From a virus, in the IMG/VR virus record IMGVR_UViG_3300033168_000001, positions 60 through 64,059 of that record: a stretch of DNA of 64,000 nt; one strand, 5' to 3'. The translations under genes were made by a program, and so were the position numbers. Below are positions 63,692 to 64,000 of this stretch, one piece after another. Positions within the stretch are counted from its first letter, which is position 1. Every line of letters begins with the position of its first letter. The notes under the pieces are model-generated. The model did not search any database. It was not told the DNA's origin and saw only the letters and a list, made by a program, of their open reading frames with translations.

Positions 63692-64000
63692 ATGATGGAC
63701 AACCTTGACACTGGACAGATCGGCACCGGTCTGTCCAGTGACGCCGGACTGGCTGTTGACGAGGCCGCTGCGCATGCAGAGGTCTCTGACCGCACGATTA
63801 GACGCGCTCTGAAAGCGCGGCCGGGTGACGCTGGACATTTGCCATCCTGGCGCGTGAAAGGTCCGCGTGGTTCCGAGTACCGTATCAGCCTGGCCGCGCT
63901 CGACGAGTGGATGGGCCGGCGTGATGCCCTCGACAGTGACACTAGCAACACTGGACAGACCGGCACGATAAACAGCCAGGCAAGCCTAGCACGCGGGGCA
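63692..64000 (+). CDS. Excisionase-like HTH protein, truncated by the window edge (not in ORF track)
   Basis: Manual translation ...LAVDEAAAHAEVSDRTIRRALK..GHLPSWRVKGPRGSEYRISLAALDEW. Confidence 0.7.
   Translation, partial: MMDNLDTGQIGTGLSSDAGLAVDEAAAHAEVSDRTIRRALKARPGDAGHLPSWRVKGPRGSEYRISLAALDEWMGRRDALDSDTSNTGQTGTINSQASLARGA

Noticed and set aside
1-64000. tRNA, rRNA, attL/attR repeats, intact integrase
   Set aside because: None recognisable by eye; tRNAscan-SE and a repeat search on the wider contig are needed, so phage boundaries remain approximate.

Overview
High-GC window dominated by a long-tailed temperate phage (about 12.8-59.2 kb, almost all on the minus strand). From right to left it carries a cI/cro-like switch, RecT-like recombinase, Toprim primase and AAA_25 helicase, adenine methyltransferase, VRR-NUC, HNH-SF2 helicase fusion, sigma-like late regulator, terminases, DUF935 portal, S49 protease, capsid, neck, tail tube, chaperone, tape measure, His-rich tail proteins, LamG fibre, holin and endolysin. 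It is flanked by two capsid-less accessory modules (about 1.1-11.5 kb and 59.5-64 kb) that share a paralogous RHH/SWIM-finger divergent cassette; the left module has its own DUF3854-type primase and helicase. An IS982-family element runs off the left edge. No intact integrase, tRNA, rRNA or CRISPR array was seen. The host looks like a high-GC monoderm, possibly Chloroflexota (inference only). Two signals stand out. (1) Four perfect 17-26 bp DNA hairpins with different stems but one conserved apex, GGTG(GA/TC)CACC, lie in-frame inside the methyltransferase gene (51787-52036). (2) Three ORF-less IS200/IS605 derivatives (11602-12009, 49441-49802, 56065-56474) each have their own promoter and a putative guide-RNA scaffold. 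All three abut an ATG on the minus strand (two are clear phage start codons) and supply a replacement GGAGG Shine-Dalgarno. All calls are from reading the sequence; no database searches were run.
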